Positions 18,371-27,551 of a DNA stretch of 64,000 nucleotides are shown one piece after another (positions within the stretch are counted from its first letter, which is position 1; every line of letters starts with the position of its first letter). Below the pieces are notes generated by a model. The model was given only the letters and a program-made list of their open reading frames with translations, was not told the origin of the DNA and did not search any database. The stretch is taken from contig JAPLME010000007.1 of assembly GCA_026387175.1 (NCBI GenBank), positions 128,487 to 192,486 of the forward strand, in the 5' to 3' direction. Source of the DNA: Candidatus Omnitrophota bacterium (GTDB lineage Bacteria > Omnitrophota > Gorgyraeia > 2-01-FULL-45-10). A program made the translations under genes and the position numbers.

Positions 18371-19522
18371 TTACACTCTTTCATAAGGCTCAAAAAATTT
18401 CTTATATTCATCCAGAGCGTATCTATCGGTCATCCCGGCCAGATAATCGCATATCACCCTGTGCTTATCTTCTGTTTTTAATCGGGAATGAGTATTCGGA
18501 GGAAGCTGTTCAGGCTTGTCAAGGTAGTTATTAAAAAGGCTTTCTATAAACCTGTAGGCTTTATTGGCCATCCGCACTACCCGATAATGCTGATATAGGT
18601 TCTTAGTAAGAAATTCTCTCATGGGCCGGCGAAGCGCGTGCATATCTTTTGAAAATGTGACGATCCTTTCCGGGAGATTGACCGCGTCAGAGGCTTTCTT
18701 TACATTGAACTTTTTTATATTAGTTTCTGTCTGAGTTATTATATCTGTGACCTGCTCATTTATAAGAGAGCGGATTATCTGGTACTTTCTTATCTCCTCA
18801 CTCATCTTCGGATACCGCCGGTCAAGGCCCTTCTTCCTGTCGGTCCATAATTTCAGATGTTTCAGATCACCCTCTTTGATGAGCCCGCTGGTTATGCCGT
18901 CGTCGAGATCATGGTTGTCATACGCTATCTCATCCGCCAGATCCACAACCTGGATCTCAAGAAGAGGCGAACCGTCCGACCTGAACGGGCTGACCGGTCT
19001 CGGCCTGTCAAAGGCCGTGGAATGTTTTATAATACCCTCTCTCACCTCATAGGTCAGGTTCAGTCCCGGAAAATTCGGATATCGCTGTTCCAGGAGATCG
19101 ACGACTCTTAGCCCTTGCGTATTGTGGTCGAAGCCGCCATAGTCCTTCATCATATTGTGCAGGGCATCTTCACCGGAATGGCCGAAAGGCGTATGCCCCA
19201 GGTCATGGGCCAGACTGAGCGCCTCTACGAGGTCCTCATTTAGCCTGAGAGCTCTTGCTATAGTTGTCGCTATCTGGCTTACCTCAAGGGTGTGGGTAAG
19301 GCGGGTGCGGTAATAATCTCCTTCATGATTGACAAATACCTGTGTTTTGTATTCAAGGCGCCTGAACGCGGTGGAATATATGATGCGATCTTTGTCGCGC
19401 TGGTAACAGGACCGGTAGCCATGCTCCTCTTCCTTGTAGCGGCGGCCCTTTGTCATACGGCTCTTCTGGGAGTACGGAGCGAGCATGCCTTCCTTTTTTT
19501 CCAGGTCTTTTCGTTTAAGCAT
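18371..19522 (-). CDS. dGTP triphosphohydrolase-like HD domain protein
   Basis: Dgt family: RTRLTHTLEV...AHDLGHTPFGH. Confidence 0.8.
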   Translation of the reverse strand: MLKRKDLEKKEGMLAPYSQKSRMTKGRRYKEEEHGYRSCYQRDKDRIIYSTAFRRLEYKTQVFVNHEGDYYRTRLTHTLEVSQIATTIARALRLNEDLVEALSLAHDLGHTPFGHSGEDALHNMMKDYGGFDHNTQGLRVVDLLEQRYPNFPGLNLTYEVREGIIKHSTAFDRPRPVSPFRSDGSPLLEIQVVDLADEIAYDNHDLDDGITSGLIKEGDLKHLKLWTDRKKGLDRRYPKMSEEIRKYQIIRSLINEQVTDIITQTETNIKKFNVKKASDAVNLPERIVTFSKDMHALRRPMREFLTKNLYQHYRVVRMANKAYRFIESLFNNYLDKPEQLPPNTHSRLKTEDKHRVICDYLAGMTDRYALDEYKKFFEPYERV

Positions 19523-19532
19523 GGGTTTTCCG

Positions 19533-20003
19533 TTATTTACTCTTCAAAAGCCGGTAGACGGCATCGAGCGACTCGGATATCACTCTGGAGCCCGCGGTCA
19601 CAGGCATAAAGTTGGTGTCTCCGGTCCATCGCGGCACAATATGTATATGCAGATGGCCCGCATAACCGGCGCCGGCGGTCTTACCGATATTGAGTCCGAT
19701 GTTGTAGCCGTGCGGTTTTAGCTTTCTATCCAGGATGGCCTTTGTCTTATTTACAAGTCTCATCATATCGAGAAGCTCTTCGGAGGATAGAAGCTCAAGG
19801 CTCTTGACGTGCCTGTATGGCGCGACCATCACATGACCGTTATTATACGGAAAGATATTCAGGATCGAAAAGGAATGTTCCGACCTTTCAAGGATATACC
19901 TCCTTTTCGCGTCAGCCTCTTTTTTCGCGCCGCAGAAGATACATCCTGTCCGTTTTCTTAAATATATGTACTTGCTTCTCCAGGGGGCCCATAACTTATC
20001 CAT
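19533..20003 (-). CDS. HIT family hydrolase (Ap4A-hydrolase-like)
   Basis: HIT motif HLHIHIV. LWAPWR N-terminus typical of this subfamily. Confidence 0.75.
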   Translation of the reverse strand: MDKLWAPWRSKYIYLRKRTGCIFCGAKKEADAKRRYILERSEHSFSILNIFPYNNGHVMVAPYRHVKSLELLSSEELLDMMRLVNKTKAILDRKLKPHGYNIGLNIGKTAGAGYAGHLHIHIVPRWTGDTNFMPVTAGSRVISESLDAVYRLLKSK

Positions 20004-20827
20004 TATCTGCTCTCCGCTTTCTCTTTTTCCAGCTTCGCCCTTGCGTCTTCGAAGAACGGCGCAGCGAACTCCGAAGACCAGGTCTTTTCGGCGAACGAAC
20101 GCGCGCTTACGTTCTTCAGGAAATTTTTAAAGTCTTCGAAGTAACTGCCGTAAATGTGGAAACTATCGCTTATGTCTACATAGCGACCGACTCTGACATT
20201 CGCATGAAGACTCTTCGAGATCTCTTCGGCCATGATTCTCTGGAGATCGGTGAGGGCGAAGATATTCATAAAACTTGCCTTATAGGCATCCCTTGAGCGC
20301 CAGTGAGTATTCATATTGAGAAGGTATCCTTCGTTATCCTGTTTGACCAGCCTGCACCATATTCTCTGCAGGCATGGCGGGTCGTCTGTGACAGGATCGA
20401 CTTTCGGGTTCCATGTTATGCCCTGCGCCCGCCTTGTGTGGGGCGCAGACGAAAGTTTTTTTATCATGTAATCTATCTGGTCCACCACCATATCCTCAAC
20501 CTCAAAGGAAGCCAATCTCTGATGATATGTGTAGGTCCACTTTCCTTCCTCGGGCCTTATCCAGTGGTCATGTATACCCAGGACGACCTCCTGCCTGTAC
20601 ACTTCCAGGTCCTCAAGGGCGCCCGGGAATGCCCTGTGTATACGGGGCTCTCTCATGGGATCGTTCACCACGATTATCATCGTCGAGTCCTTACTCGGCG
20701 GATCGGAGGGCTTATCGTACTCGGTCTTTATCTCGAGCCCTTCTTTCCAGGTCGCTATGACGGCCTTTTCCCATGCTTCCGGAAGCGTGTCGCCCTCGAC
20801 TTTTAATACCGGGATCTCTTTATTCAT
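20003..20827 (-). CDS. Thymidylate synthase (ThyA) family protein, divergent type
   Basis: HTRRA, WNP, catalytic DPPC and SFHIYGSY motifs align with the ThyA core (SRR..WN..PPCH..HIY). No ThyX RHR motif. Confidence 0.55.
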   Translation of the reverse strand: MNKEIPVLKVEGDTLPEAWEKAVIATWKEGLEIKTEYDKPSDPPSKDSTMIIVVNDPMREPRIHRAFPGALEDLEVYRQEVVLGIHDHWIRPEEGKWTYTYHQRLASFEVEDMVVDQIDYMIKKLSSAPHTRRAQGITWNPKVDPVTDDPPCLQRIWCRLVKQDNEGYLLNMNTHWRSRDAYKASFMNIFALTDLQRIMAEEISKSLHANVRVGRYVDISDSFHIYGSYFEDFKNFLKNVSARSFAEKTWSSEFAAPFFEDARAKLEKEKAESR

Positions 20828-21312
20828 TGCAGCCTCACAATGGTGCCTTTGATTCCTTTTTCGTCCACTTCAAGTATTCCGTAAGTATTGGCTTTAGCAA
20901 ATATGGTATCGGTCGGGCTTCCGGGATTGAAAAAGAGCATCCCATCCTTTTCAATATTTATAGCGGAATGAGAATGGCCGAATACTATAGCGTCGACATT
21001 CCTGAACTCTCCCGCAACGGTCTGGATAAGGTCCTTGGGCGCGCCATAGCCATGTATAAGGCCGATCTTGAATTTTCCTGCAGTGATGATCTCTTTATCT
21101 TTTAGCCGCCGCCTTAACGCCTGCGAATCCATGTTTCCGTATACCGCGTGAAGGTCCTTATTCAGTTTCAGGATGTTATCAAGGACCTCTTCATCAACGA
21201 AGTCTCCCGCGTGCAACACCATATCGGATTTCTTGATCTCGTCGAGTATTGTCTCCGGCAGGCTGTGCGCCGCTCTCGGGATATGGGTATCGGACAGGAC
21301 GAGTATCCTCAT
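20824..21312 (-). CDS. Metallophosphoesterase (YfcE/MJ0936 family)
   Basis: Motifs DTH, GDFVD, GHSH. Confidence 0.75.
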   Translation of the reverse strand: MRILVLSDTHIPRAAHSLPETILDEIKKSDMVLHAGDFVDEEVLDNILKLNKDLHAVYGNMDSQALRRRLKDKEIITAGKFKIGLIHGYGAPKDLIQTVAGEFRNVDAIVFGHSHSAINIEKDGMLFFNPGSPTDTIFAKANTYGILEVDEKGIKGTIVRLQ

Positions 21313-22940
21313 AATACGATCATTCTTTTCTTATTATATAGAGTTAACAGGGTGTTTACCGTGCGGCTGTCCCAGATGGATATCTTGAGTTCTTTGGCCA
21401 GGAGCCTCGCGTTCTCATCTATTCCCTTAAGAGGTATTATCAACTTACTGGATATTTTGTGCTCCAGCCCTTTTACATTCCTTATAAAAGCGACTATGTC
21501 GTTTTCGTTCACATTACGCTCGTATGACTGGGCTATCCAGAAATTTCCGCGGAATGAAGCGGCAATGAACTCCTGCGAGTCGGCGAAGGATCTGACCTCC
21601 ACCTTTGTAAAATGCGGCATCTTTGAATTCTTCATATTAAGCGAGACGAGTTCGTTCGAGAATAGATTAAAAAGCCCTGCGAGCCTTTCCGCCGTGGAGA
21701 GCGCGAATTCCCGCTCAAAGCCGCCTATGTAGGCTTTTATCTCTCCGCGGAAGAGGGATCTCTTATCGATCGCCCCGTCAACGAGCAGCCTCTTCTTCCT
21801 TTCGTAGACATTCTTCAGCCAGAAGTCGAACATAACGTCGCCTATCGCGTAAAAAATACCGCTTCTGGCCACAAGCCCCTGCTCCGAAAGGCGCTGCAGG
21901 GCTTCGGTCACGCCGGCCTGTGTCATATGGATGTGTCTGGCGATCTCAGAGGGCCTCTTTCTGCCATTGGCTATCGACGCCAGTATGGATATATGGAAGT
22001 CTTTGGGCTTAGCGTCTATGAGTTCGAGCATATAGTTCATCAGGTATTGATGTATGGTCCCGCTTGGATTGTAGACAAGGTCCAGTATAGCCTCTATCGT
22101 GATCTCCATGTCGATGTGGCTGGTCATCTGCTCGAGGGCGATATCTTTCATCCTGCATATCATCTTATTCAGATAGAACGGATTACCGTCGGTGAAAGCT
22201 ATCAGGAACTTTCTTATAAAATTGTCGATATCGAATCCGGCCAGCCTGATGCTTATAAATTCATTGGATACCCTGGTCCCGAAATTCTCGACTTTCAGGA
22301 TCTCGAAGTTTCCGAAGAGAAGAGACAATTTTTCCGATATTATTTTACGTATGGCCAGGCTTCTCGAGCTTGACACTATATACATCGTATCCTTCTGCAC
22401 CATTATCACTTTGCCGAAAGCGACAAACGGATTCCTGATGCCGAGGTGTTCAAGATTGTCGAATTCATCCAATATCACTATGCACGGTATCCCGCTCTCC
22501 AGTTTAAGAGTCGAAGTAAGCTCAAGCAGGCATGAATATGCCTGTTCGTATTCTTCATTCTCAATACACAGGTTGATATGCTTTATCGCGGAATGAGTCT
22601 TCGGAAGGGCCAGAGATGCCCTCTCCATCAAGCTGTCGATATTCACGCTTACTTCTTCGCCTTTCTTTGCCAGCGCATGATAAAGCATCGTCGCGATAAA
22701 TTTTCCGGCGAAGGCCCCGAAAGGCTCCTTTATGACCTCTACGTATACGGGGATAAATCCGTCTTCTTTGATAGTATGCAGGAACTGGAGGATTATGGAT
22801 GATTTACCTGCGAGAGACTGGCCGGTAAGCGCGACGTTTTGCCTGTAACCGTCCTTTAGCGCCAGCGTCCTCTTGTTGAGTATCTCAAGGACTTCATCGC
22901 GTCCGAAAAATTTATCGCCCACTACCGGTTCGCTGAACAT
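21309..22940 (-). CDS. Archaeal-type AAA ATPase (PF01637-like) with C-terminal DUF234/wHTH
   Basis: FFGRDEVL start, Walker A GQSLAGKSS, Walker B ILDEFD. HTH-like segment in the C-terminal third. Confidence 0.55.
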   Translation of the reverse strand: MFSEPVVGDKFFGRDEVLEILNKRTLALKDGYRQNVALTGQSLAGKSSIILQFLHTIKEDGFIPVYVEVIKEPFGAFAGKFIATMLYHALAKKGEEVSVNIDSLMERASLALPKTHSAIKHINLCIENEEYEQAYSCLLELTSTLKLESGIPCIVILDEFDNLEHLGIRNPFVAFGKVIMVQKDTMYIVSSSRSLAIRKIISEKLSLLFGNFEILKVENFGTRVSNEFISIRLAGFDIDNFIRKFLIAFTDGNPFYLNKMICRMKDIALEQMTSHIDMEITIEAILDLVYNPSGTIHQYLMNYMLELIDAKPKDFHISILASIANGRKRPSEIARHIHMTQAGVTEALQRLSEQGLVARSGIFYAIGDVMFDFWLKNVYERKKRLLVDGAIDKRSLFRGEIKAYIGGFEREFALSTAERLAGLFNLFSNELVSLNMKNSKMPHFTKVEVRSFADSQEFIAASFRGNFWIAQSYERNVNENDIVAFIRNVKGLEHKISSKLIIPLKGIDENARLLAKELKISIWDSRTVNTLLTLYNKKRMIVL

Positions 22941-22948
22941 CTACACCT

Positions 22949-23713
22949 CTATCTTGATAAATAGAATTCGGGGTTCTGAGGTTCGCCGTTCTTTCTTATC
23001 TCAAAATGGAGCATCGGCTCCCGGGCGCGCCCGCTCGAACCCACCTTAGCTATCACGTCTCTCTGCTCGACCATATCGCCGACCTTTACCATGATGCCCG
23101 CGTTATATGAGTAAACCGTCTGGAAGCCGTCCATATGGTCGATTATGACTGTCCGGCCGAAGCCTTTCAGGTGAGAGTCGCAATAGACTACTTTGCCGCC
23201 GCGGGAAGCCGCGACGTTCATGCCTTCTGATGCCTTTATATCTATCCCTTTGTTGATATACTTATCCACTCTTGAGCCGAAAGACGCCGCGATATTTCCT
23301 CTGACGGGCCATATGAACGTTGCGCTGCGGCGGGCGCTATAATTGACCTTCTTTCCTATGGTGCCGGAAGAAGTTCCCGGTATGGTCAGGATTTTCCCAA
23401 CTTCGATCGACTTGGAATCGCTGATGGAGTTTGCGTTGGCCAATTCAGCCACATCGACGCCGTATAGCTTGGAAATGGACCAGAGCGTCTCGCCCGTTCG
23501 TACCGTATGCCGCGCTGAACCCTGTGCGAATCTGGTCGATATTACGGGTTTCGGAAAAGTTCCGATGGAAGGCTCTATGTCTTCCTGATGAATTATCATC
23601 GGTGACGACGCGTATGAAGCCTCTTTACGGGGATGCGCCGTGCGCGCTTTAGTCGTGGCGCATCCGGTAAACGTTACCGCCAGTAAGCATGCGATCAACA
23701 ATCTCAAGGCCAT
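22949..23713 (-). CDS. LysM domain-containing M23 family metallopeptidase (lipoprotein)
   Basis: LysM (VRTGETLWSISKLYGV). M23 HxxxD/HxH (IIDHMDGFQTVYSY). Track ORF start at 23815 runs through the tRNA gene; start moved to MALRLL (signal peptide FTGC). Confidence 0.8.
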   Translation of the reverse strand: MALRLLIACLLAVTFTGCATTKARTAHPRKEASYASSPMIIHQEDIEPSIGTFPKPVISTRFAQGSARHTVRTGETLWSISKLYGVDVAELANANSISDSKSIEVGKILTIPGTSSGTIGKKVNYSARRSATFIWPVRGNIAASFGSRVDKYINKGIDIKASEGMNVAASRGGKVVYCDSHLKGFGRTVIIDHMDGFQTVYSYNAGIMVKVGDMVEQRDVIAKVGSSGRAREPMLHFEIRKNGEPQNPEFYLSR

Positions 23714-23755
23714 TATACGCTGTCTTTCGTTATTTTTAAAAACATACTGCTCAAA

Positions 23756-23829
23756 TGGAGCGAGCGAGGGGAATCGAACCCCCGTAGCCAGCTTGGGAAG
23801 CTGGTATTCTACCATTGAACTACGCTCGC
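23756..23829 (-). tRNA. tRNA-Gly (anticodon CCC)
   Basis: Minus-strand read GCGAGCGTAGTTCAATGGTAGAATACCAGCTTCCCAAGCTGGCTACGGGGGTTCGATTCCCCTCGCTCGCTCCA: 7-bp acceptor stem, D and T arms, anticodon loop TTCCCAA, encoded CCA. Confidence 0.9.
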
Positions 23830-23865
23830 ATCAACTCAATTTAGTACATTGCCCCGCCAACACAT

Positions 23866-24765
23866 TTAAAACCTGGTCATTCTCCTGAAATGATCGAACC
23901 TGTCTTTGATATTTTTATTGGATATCTTCAACAGCCTGTTAACGCTGAAATCCTCTACGGCGAACGATGCCAATATGCTCCCGTATATTATGCTCTTCCT
24001 TATAGTGACCTCGTTTATAGACCTTGCGCGGCTTATGTACCCGACCATTCCGCCTGCAAATGTGTCACCCGCGCCGGTCGGATCATATATCGTCTCAAGG
24101 AGGTACGCCGGCGCTACGAAATGCGCGTTTTTGGAGAAGTAAAGGACTCCGTGTTCCCCCTTTTTTATTATAACGGCCTTCGGGCCGAATTTAATTACCG
24201 CTTGCGCAGCCTTTATCAGGTTAGATTCTCCGCTGAGCTGCCTTGCTTCGGCATCGTTCAATAAAAGAATATCGATCTTATTCAGCAGCCTCTCCAGGGA
24301 CCTTCTCTTCGTACTGATCCAGTAGTTCATCGAGTCGCACGCCACCATTTTCGGCCTCTTCACCTGTCGAAGCACGTTATACTGCAGGTCGGGATCGATA
24401 TTCGCAAGGAACAGGAACTCCGGCTGGCGAAGATGTTCAGGCACATGGGGATCGAAATCTTTAAAGACATTAAGATGGGTCGAGATGGTATGAGCTGTGT
24501 TAAGATCGTAATCATAACGGCCTTCCCACCTGAAAGTCTTACCTTTACTTACGGAGAGCCCGGCGATCCCTATCCCCTTATCCTTAAACAGCTTCACATA
24601 CCTCTTCGGAAAATCCTCCCCCACTACGGCAACGATATCAACCGGGCTGAAAAAAGACGCCGCTATGGAAAAGAATGTCGCGGAGCCGCCCAGTATCTCC
24701 TTTCTCTTTCCGAAAGGCGTCTCAACAGAATCGAGCGCGACCGAACCTATGACCAGAATGCTCAT
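23866..24765 (-). CDS. PfkB family carbohydrate/nucleoside kinase
   Basis: Ribokinase-like fold with GAGDTFAGG signature. Confidence 0.75.
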   Translation of the reverse strand: MSILVIGSVALDSVETPFGKRKEILGGSATFFSIAASFFSPVDIVAVVGEDFPKRYVKLFKDKGIGIAGLSVSKGKTFRWEGRYDYDLNTAHTISTHLNVFKDFDPHVPEHLRQPEFLFLANIDPDLQYNVLRQVKRPKMVACDSMNYWISTKRRSLERLLNKIDILLLNDAEARQLSGESNLIKAAQAVIKFGPKAVIIKKGEHGVLYFSKNAHFVAPAYLLETIYDPTGAGDTFAGGMVGYISRARSINEVTIRKSIIYGSILASFAVEDFSVNRLLKISNKNIKDRFDHFRRMTRF

Positions 24766-26051
24766 CTATTCCTCCCGAAACATTTTTCCGCCGTCTTTAT
24801 AGAACAGTATTCGCCGCACATCGTGCAGACGTCTTTAATATCAGGATGCGATGTTTTTCTATATTTATCGGGTTTCGCCTTATCTATCGCCAGCGCAAAT
24901 TGTCTCTTCCAGTTCCTGTCGCGTCTGGCTTTAGAAATAGCTATGTCCCAGTCCATAGTGCCCTTAATTCCTTTTGCGATATCGCCGGCGTGGGCCGCTA
25001 TCTTTGAAGCTATCACGCCTTCCTTAACGTCATCAAGGGTGGGAAGCCTTAAATGTTCCGCGGGTGTAACGTAACAGAGAAAATCGGCGCCTTTGCCCGC
25101 AGCAATGGCGCCGCCGATAGCTGCGGTTATGTGGTCATAGCCGGGAGCCACGTCGGTGACCAGCGGTCCGAGAACATAGAACGGGGCGCCGCCGCAAAAT
25201 TCCTTTTCCAGCATCACGTTTGTTTCTACCTGGTTTAAGGGCACATGTCCCGGCCCTTCTATGATAACCTGAACACCTTTTTTAAAAGCTTTTTTACGCA
25301 GCTCTCCCAGCGTCATCAGTTCCATTATCTGCGGGCCGTCGGTCGCGTCCGCTATCGCGCCGGGCCTCAAGCCGTCGCCAAGCGATAGGGTTATGTCGTA
25401 TCTCCTGGCTATATCGATGACTCTGTCGAAATTCGAGTAAAACGGGTTCTCTCGGCCGTTCTCGATCATCCACTGCGCGATAAATGCCCCGCCCCGGCTC
25501 ACTATATCGAGTATGCGCGGATGTTTTCGAAGCGTATCGATAGTGTCCTTTGTAACGCCTGCATGTATTGTAAAAAAATCCACGCCATCCCTGGCCTGCG
25601 ATTCCAGCACATCGAAGATATCTTCTACGGTGATGTCTTTCACCGCGCCGTATTTCTTAAGCCCGTTTATTATGATCTCATATATAGGGACGGTCCCCAC
25701 AGGAACTTTCGATTTTGCGATGATGGCCCGCCGAGTCTCTTTTATCCGGGGGCCGGTGGAGAGGTCCATGATCGTATCCGCGCCGAGCGAGATCGCGGCA
25801 TTCATCTTGACGAGCTCGCTTGAGATATTGGAGGCTCCTTTGGATGTGCCGATATTCGCGTTTATCTTCGTCTTAAGGCCCTTCCCTATGCCGCATAAAG
25901 AGCTTAATTTGTGACGTATATTTTTAGGTATTGCGATATTGCCTTTGGCTATACCCCGTCTGATAAACTCAAGGCTCACGCCTTCGTCATTCGCTACGCG
26001 GCGCATTTCGGCGGATATCTTTCCTTTTCTTGCCAATTCTAATTGTGTCAC
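24762..26051 (-). CDS. thiC: Phosphomethylpyrimidine synthase
   Basis: Full-length ThiC with C-terminal CTMCGEYCS cluster. Confidence 0.9.
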   Translation of the reverse strand: MTQLELARKGKISAEMRRVANDEGVSLEFIRRGIAKGNIAIPKNIRHKLSSLCGIGKGLKTKINANIGTSKGASNISSELVKMNAAISLGADTIMDLSTGPRIKETRRAIIAKSKVPVGTVPIYEIIINGLKKYGAVKDITVEDIFDVLESQARDGVDFFTIHAGVTKDTIDTLRKHPRILDIVSRGGAFIAQWMIENGRENPFYSNFDRVIDIARRYDITLSLGDGLRPGAIADATDGPQIMELMTLGELRKKAFKKGVQVIIEGPGHVPLNQVETNVMLEKEFCGGAPFYVLGPLVTDVAPGYDHITAAIGGAIAAGKGADFLCYVTPAEHLRLPTLDDVKEGVIASKIAAHAGDIAKGIKGTMDWDIAISKARRDRNWKRQFALAIDKAKPDKYRKTSHPDIKDVCTMCGEYCSIKTAEKCFGRNR

Positions 26052-26683
26052 TAGATGATAGCCTCTTTTAATTTTCTGGTCGAACTTAACGTTTCTCGCG
26101 ACGAGCAGACCGCTCTTATCACCGCTACCCTCTTAAATCCATTTTGAGCCAATCCGGAAATATTCTTGCAATCTATCCCGCCTATCGCGATAATCGGAAT
26201 ACGCAAATTACGTATTTTTTTTAATGCTTCCACACCGATCGCTCTCTTGGAAGCCTTTATAGGCGTTTTAAATACGGGCCCTACGCCTATATAATCCGCG
26301 CCTTCTTCTTTAGCGCGCTTTGCCTCGGCCAAACCGGCGGCCGTTACGCCTATCAGTTTGCCGCTACCGAGGATCTTTCTTGCTGTGCCTACCCTCAAGT
26401 CCGCCTGGCCTATGTGCACCCCATCGCTATCTACAGCCGCCGCTATGTCGACCCGGTCGTTAATTATCAAGGGAACCCCGTAACACCTGGTAAGCGCCTT
26501 CAAAGCCGACGCTGTTTCGAGAGCTTCTTCCGTAGAGGAATGTTTGCTTCTCAGCTGTAACATATCGGCTCCCGCGCGAAGGGCTTTCCTTGCCACAGCT
26601 ATAAGGGCTTTCCCCTTTAAAATATCTCTATCGAGAATAACGCAGAGAAGAGAGTCTTTTAACAGCTTTTTTTTCGATAGCAT
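26051..26683 (-). CDS. thiE: Thiamine-phosphate synthase
   Basis: TMP-TENI fold. Motifs LQLRSK, INDRVDIA, GVGPVF. Confidence 0.8.
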   Translation of the reverse strand: MLSKKKLLKDSLLCVILDRDILKGKALIAVARKALRAGADMLQLRSKHSSTEEALETASALKALTRCYGVPLIINDRVDIAAAVDSDGVHIGQADLRVGTARKILGSGKLIGVTAAGLAEAKRAKEEGADYIGVGPVFKTPIKASKRAIGVEALKKIRNLRIPIIAIGGIDCKNISGLAQNGFKRVAVIRAVCSSRETLSSTRKLKEAII

Positions 26684-27068
26684 ATGTTTTGAACCTGAGC
26701 CGCGAGAACTTTGCCGAGAGATCGATATCCACGAGTTTAAAAAATTCCTCGAGCACCCGGATAGATTCCTTGACGCGTTCGATATTTGCCGTAAATATGT
26801 CGCGCGCCTTCCGCCTGGGAACCTCGATCTTGAAGTCAGGTATCCTGCCGCAATCGCCCGAAGGATTACGCGATTCTATCAAAACTTCCGCCATTCCCGG
26901 AGATGAATTTATTATGCCCGATATACCGTGGCGGAGAGCCTTTAACTCTTTAGTTAGAGCGGGAGAGTTCATTATAAAACGCGCGATATCCTCGCATACC
27001 CTTAAGCCTTCTCGTGAGCGGTTGAAATTCGCGTCGACTATCCGTAAGATATCTTTTTTCGCGCTCAT
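26628..27068 (-). CDS. Protein resembling the N-terminal extension domain of cyanobacterial-type ThiE
   Basis: RIVDANFNRSREGLRV motif. Overlaps thiE by 56 nt in another frame. Confidence 0.4.
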   Translation of the reverse strand: MSAKKDILRIVDANFNRSREGLRVCEDIARFIMNSPALTKELKALRHGISGIINSSPGMAEVLIESRNPSGDCGRIPDFKIEVPRRKARDIFTANIERVKESIRVLEEFFKLVDIDLSAKFSRLRFKTYAIEKKAVKRLSSLRYSR

Positions 27069-27539
27069 CTATCTGCCGATTTTCTTCAGCACGGATGTGG
27101 TGGAGTAACCTTTAACGAAAGGTATCCTCACTATCTTTCCGCCGTAAGATTTTACGAAATCCGCTCCGACTATATCTTCCGCCTTCCAGTCGGCGCCTTT
27201 TACTAAAATATCCGGCCTCAGGGTTTTTATAAGTTTTTTCGGCGTCGGATCCGGAAATATTGTAATGTAATCTACAAAATAAAGAGCTGATAGGACCATA
27301 GCCCTGTCAGCCTCTTTATTTATCGGTCTGTCTTTCCCTTTTATGGCACGGACGGATGAGTCGCTGTTCAAGCCTATCACCAATGCGCCGCCCAGATTTC
27401 TCGCCCTCTCCAGATACGCTATGTGGCCCACATGGAGGATGTCAAAGCATCCGTTAGTGAACACCACCTTCTTATTTTCGGATCTCAGCCTGGAAGCTAT
27501 CCTTCTCAGCGCGTCCAGAGTTTTTATCTTTTGTTTCAC
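27069..27539 (-). CDS. D-beta-D-heptose 1-phosphate adenylyltransferase (RfaE domain II)
   Basis: Cytidylyltransferase motif FTNGCFDILHVGH. Confidence 0.8.
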   Translation of the reverse strand: MKQKIKTLDALRRIASRLRSENKKVVFTNGCFDILHVGHIAYLERARNLGGALVIGLNSDSSVRAIKGKDRPINKEADRAMVLSALYFVDYITIFPDPTPKKLIKTLRPDILVKGADWKAEDIVGADFVKSYGGKIVRIPFVKGYSTTSVLKKIGR

Positions 27540-27551
27540 AAGATCAAAGCC

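Noticed and set aside
18208-18411. 67-aa ORF with hydrophobic N-terminus (possible small lipoprotein) between the HD-GYP and dGTPase genes
   Set aside because: No canonical lipobox (FFCASC does not fit [LVI][ASTVI][GAS]C). It overlaps the dGTPase 3' end. Too weak to call.
23713-23815. N-terminal 34 codons of the track ORF for the M23 peptidase
   Set aside because: This stretch runs across the tRNA-Gly gene on the same strand. The signal peptide starts at the internal Met (MALRLL), so the extension is spurious.
27440-27530. CTGAGA motifs that might indicate a TPP riboswitch near the thi genes
   Set aside because: They lie inside the rfaE-II coding frame (KVVFTNGCFDILHV region) without the rest of the riboswitch consensus.
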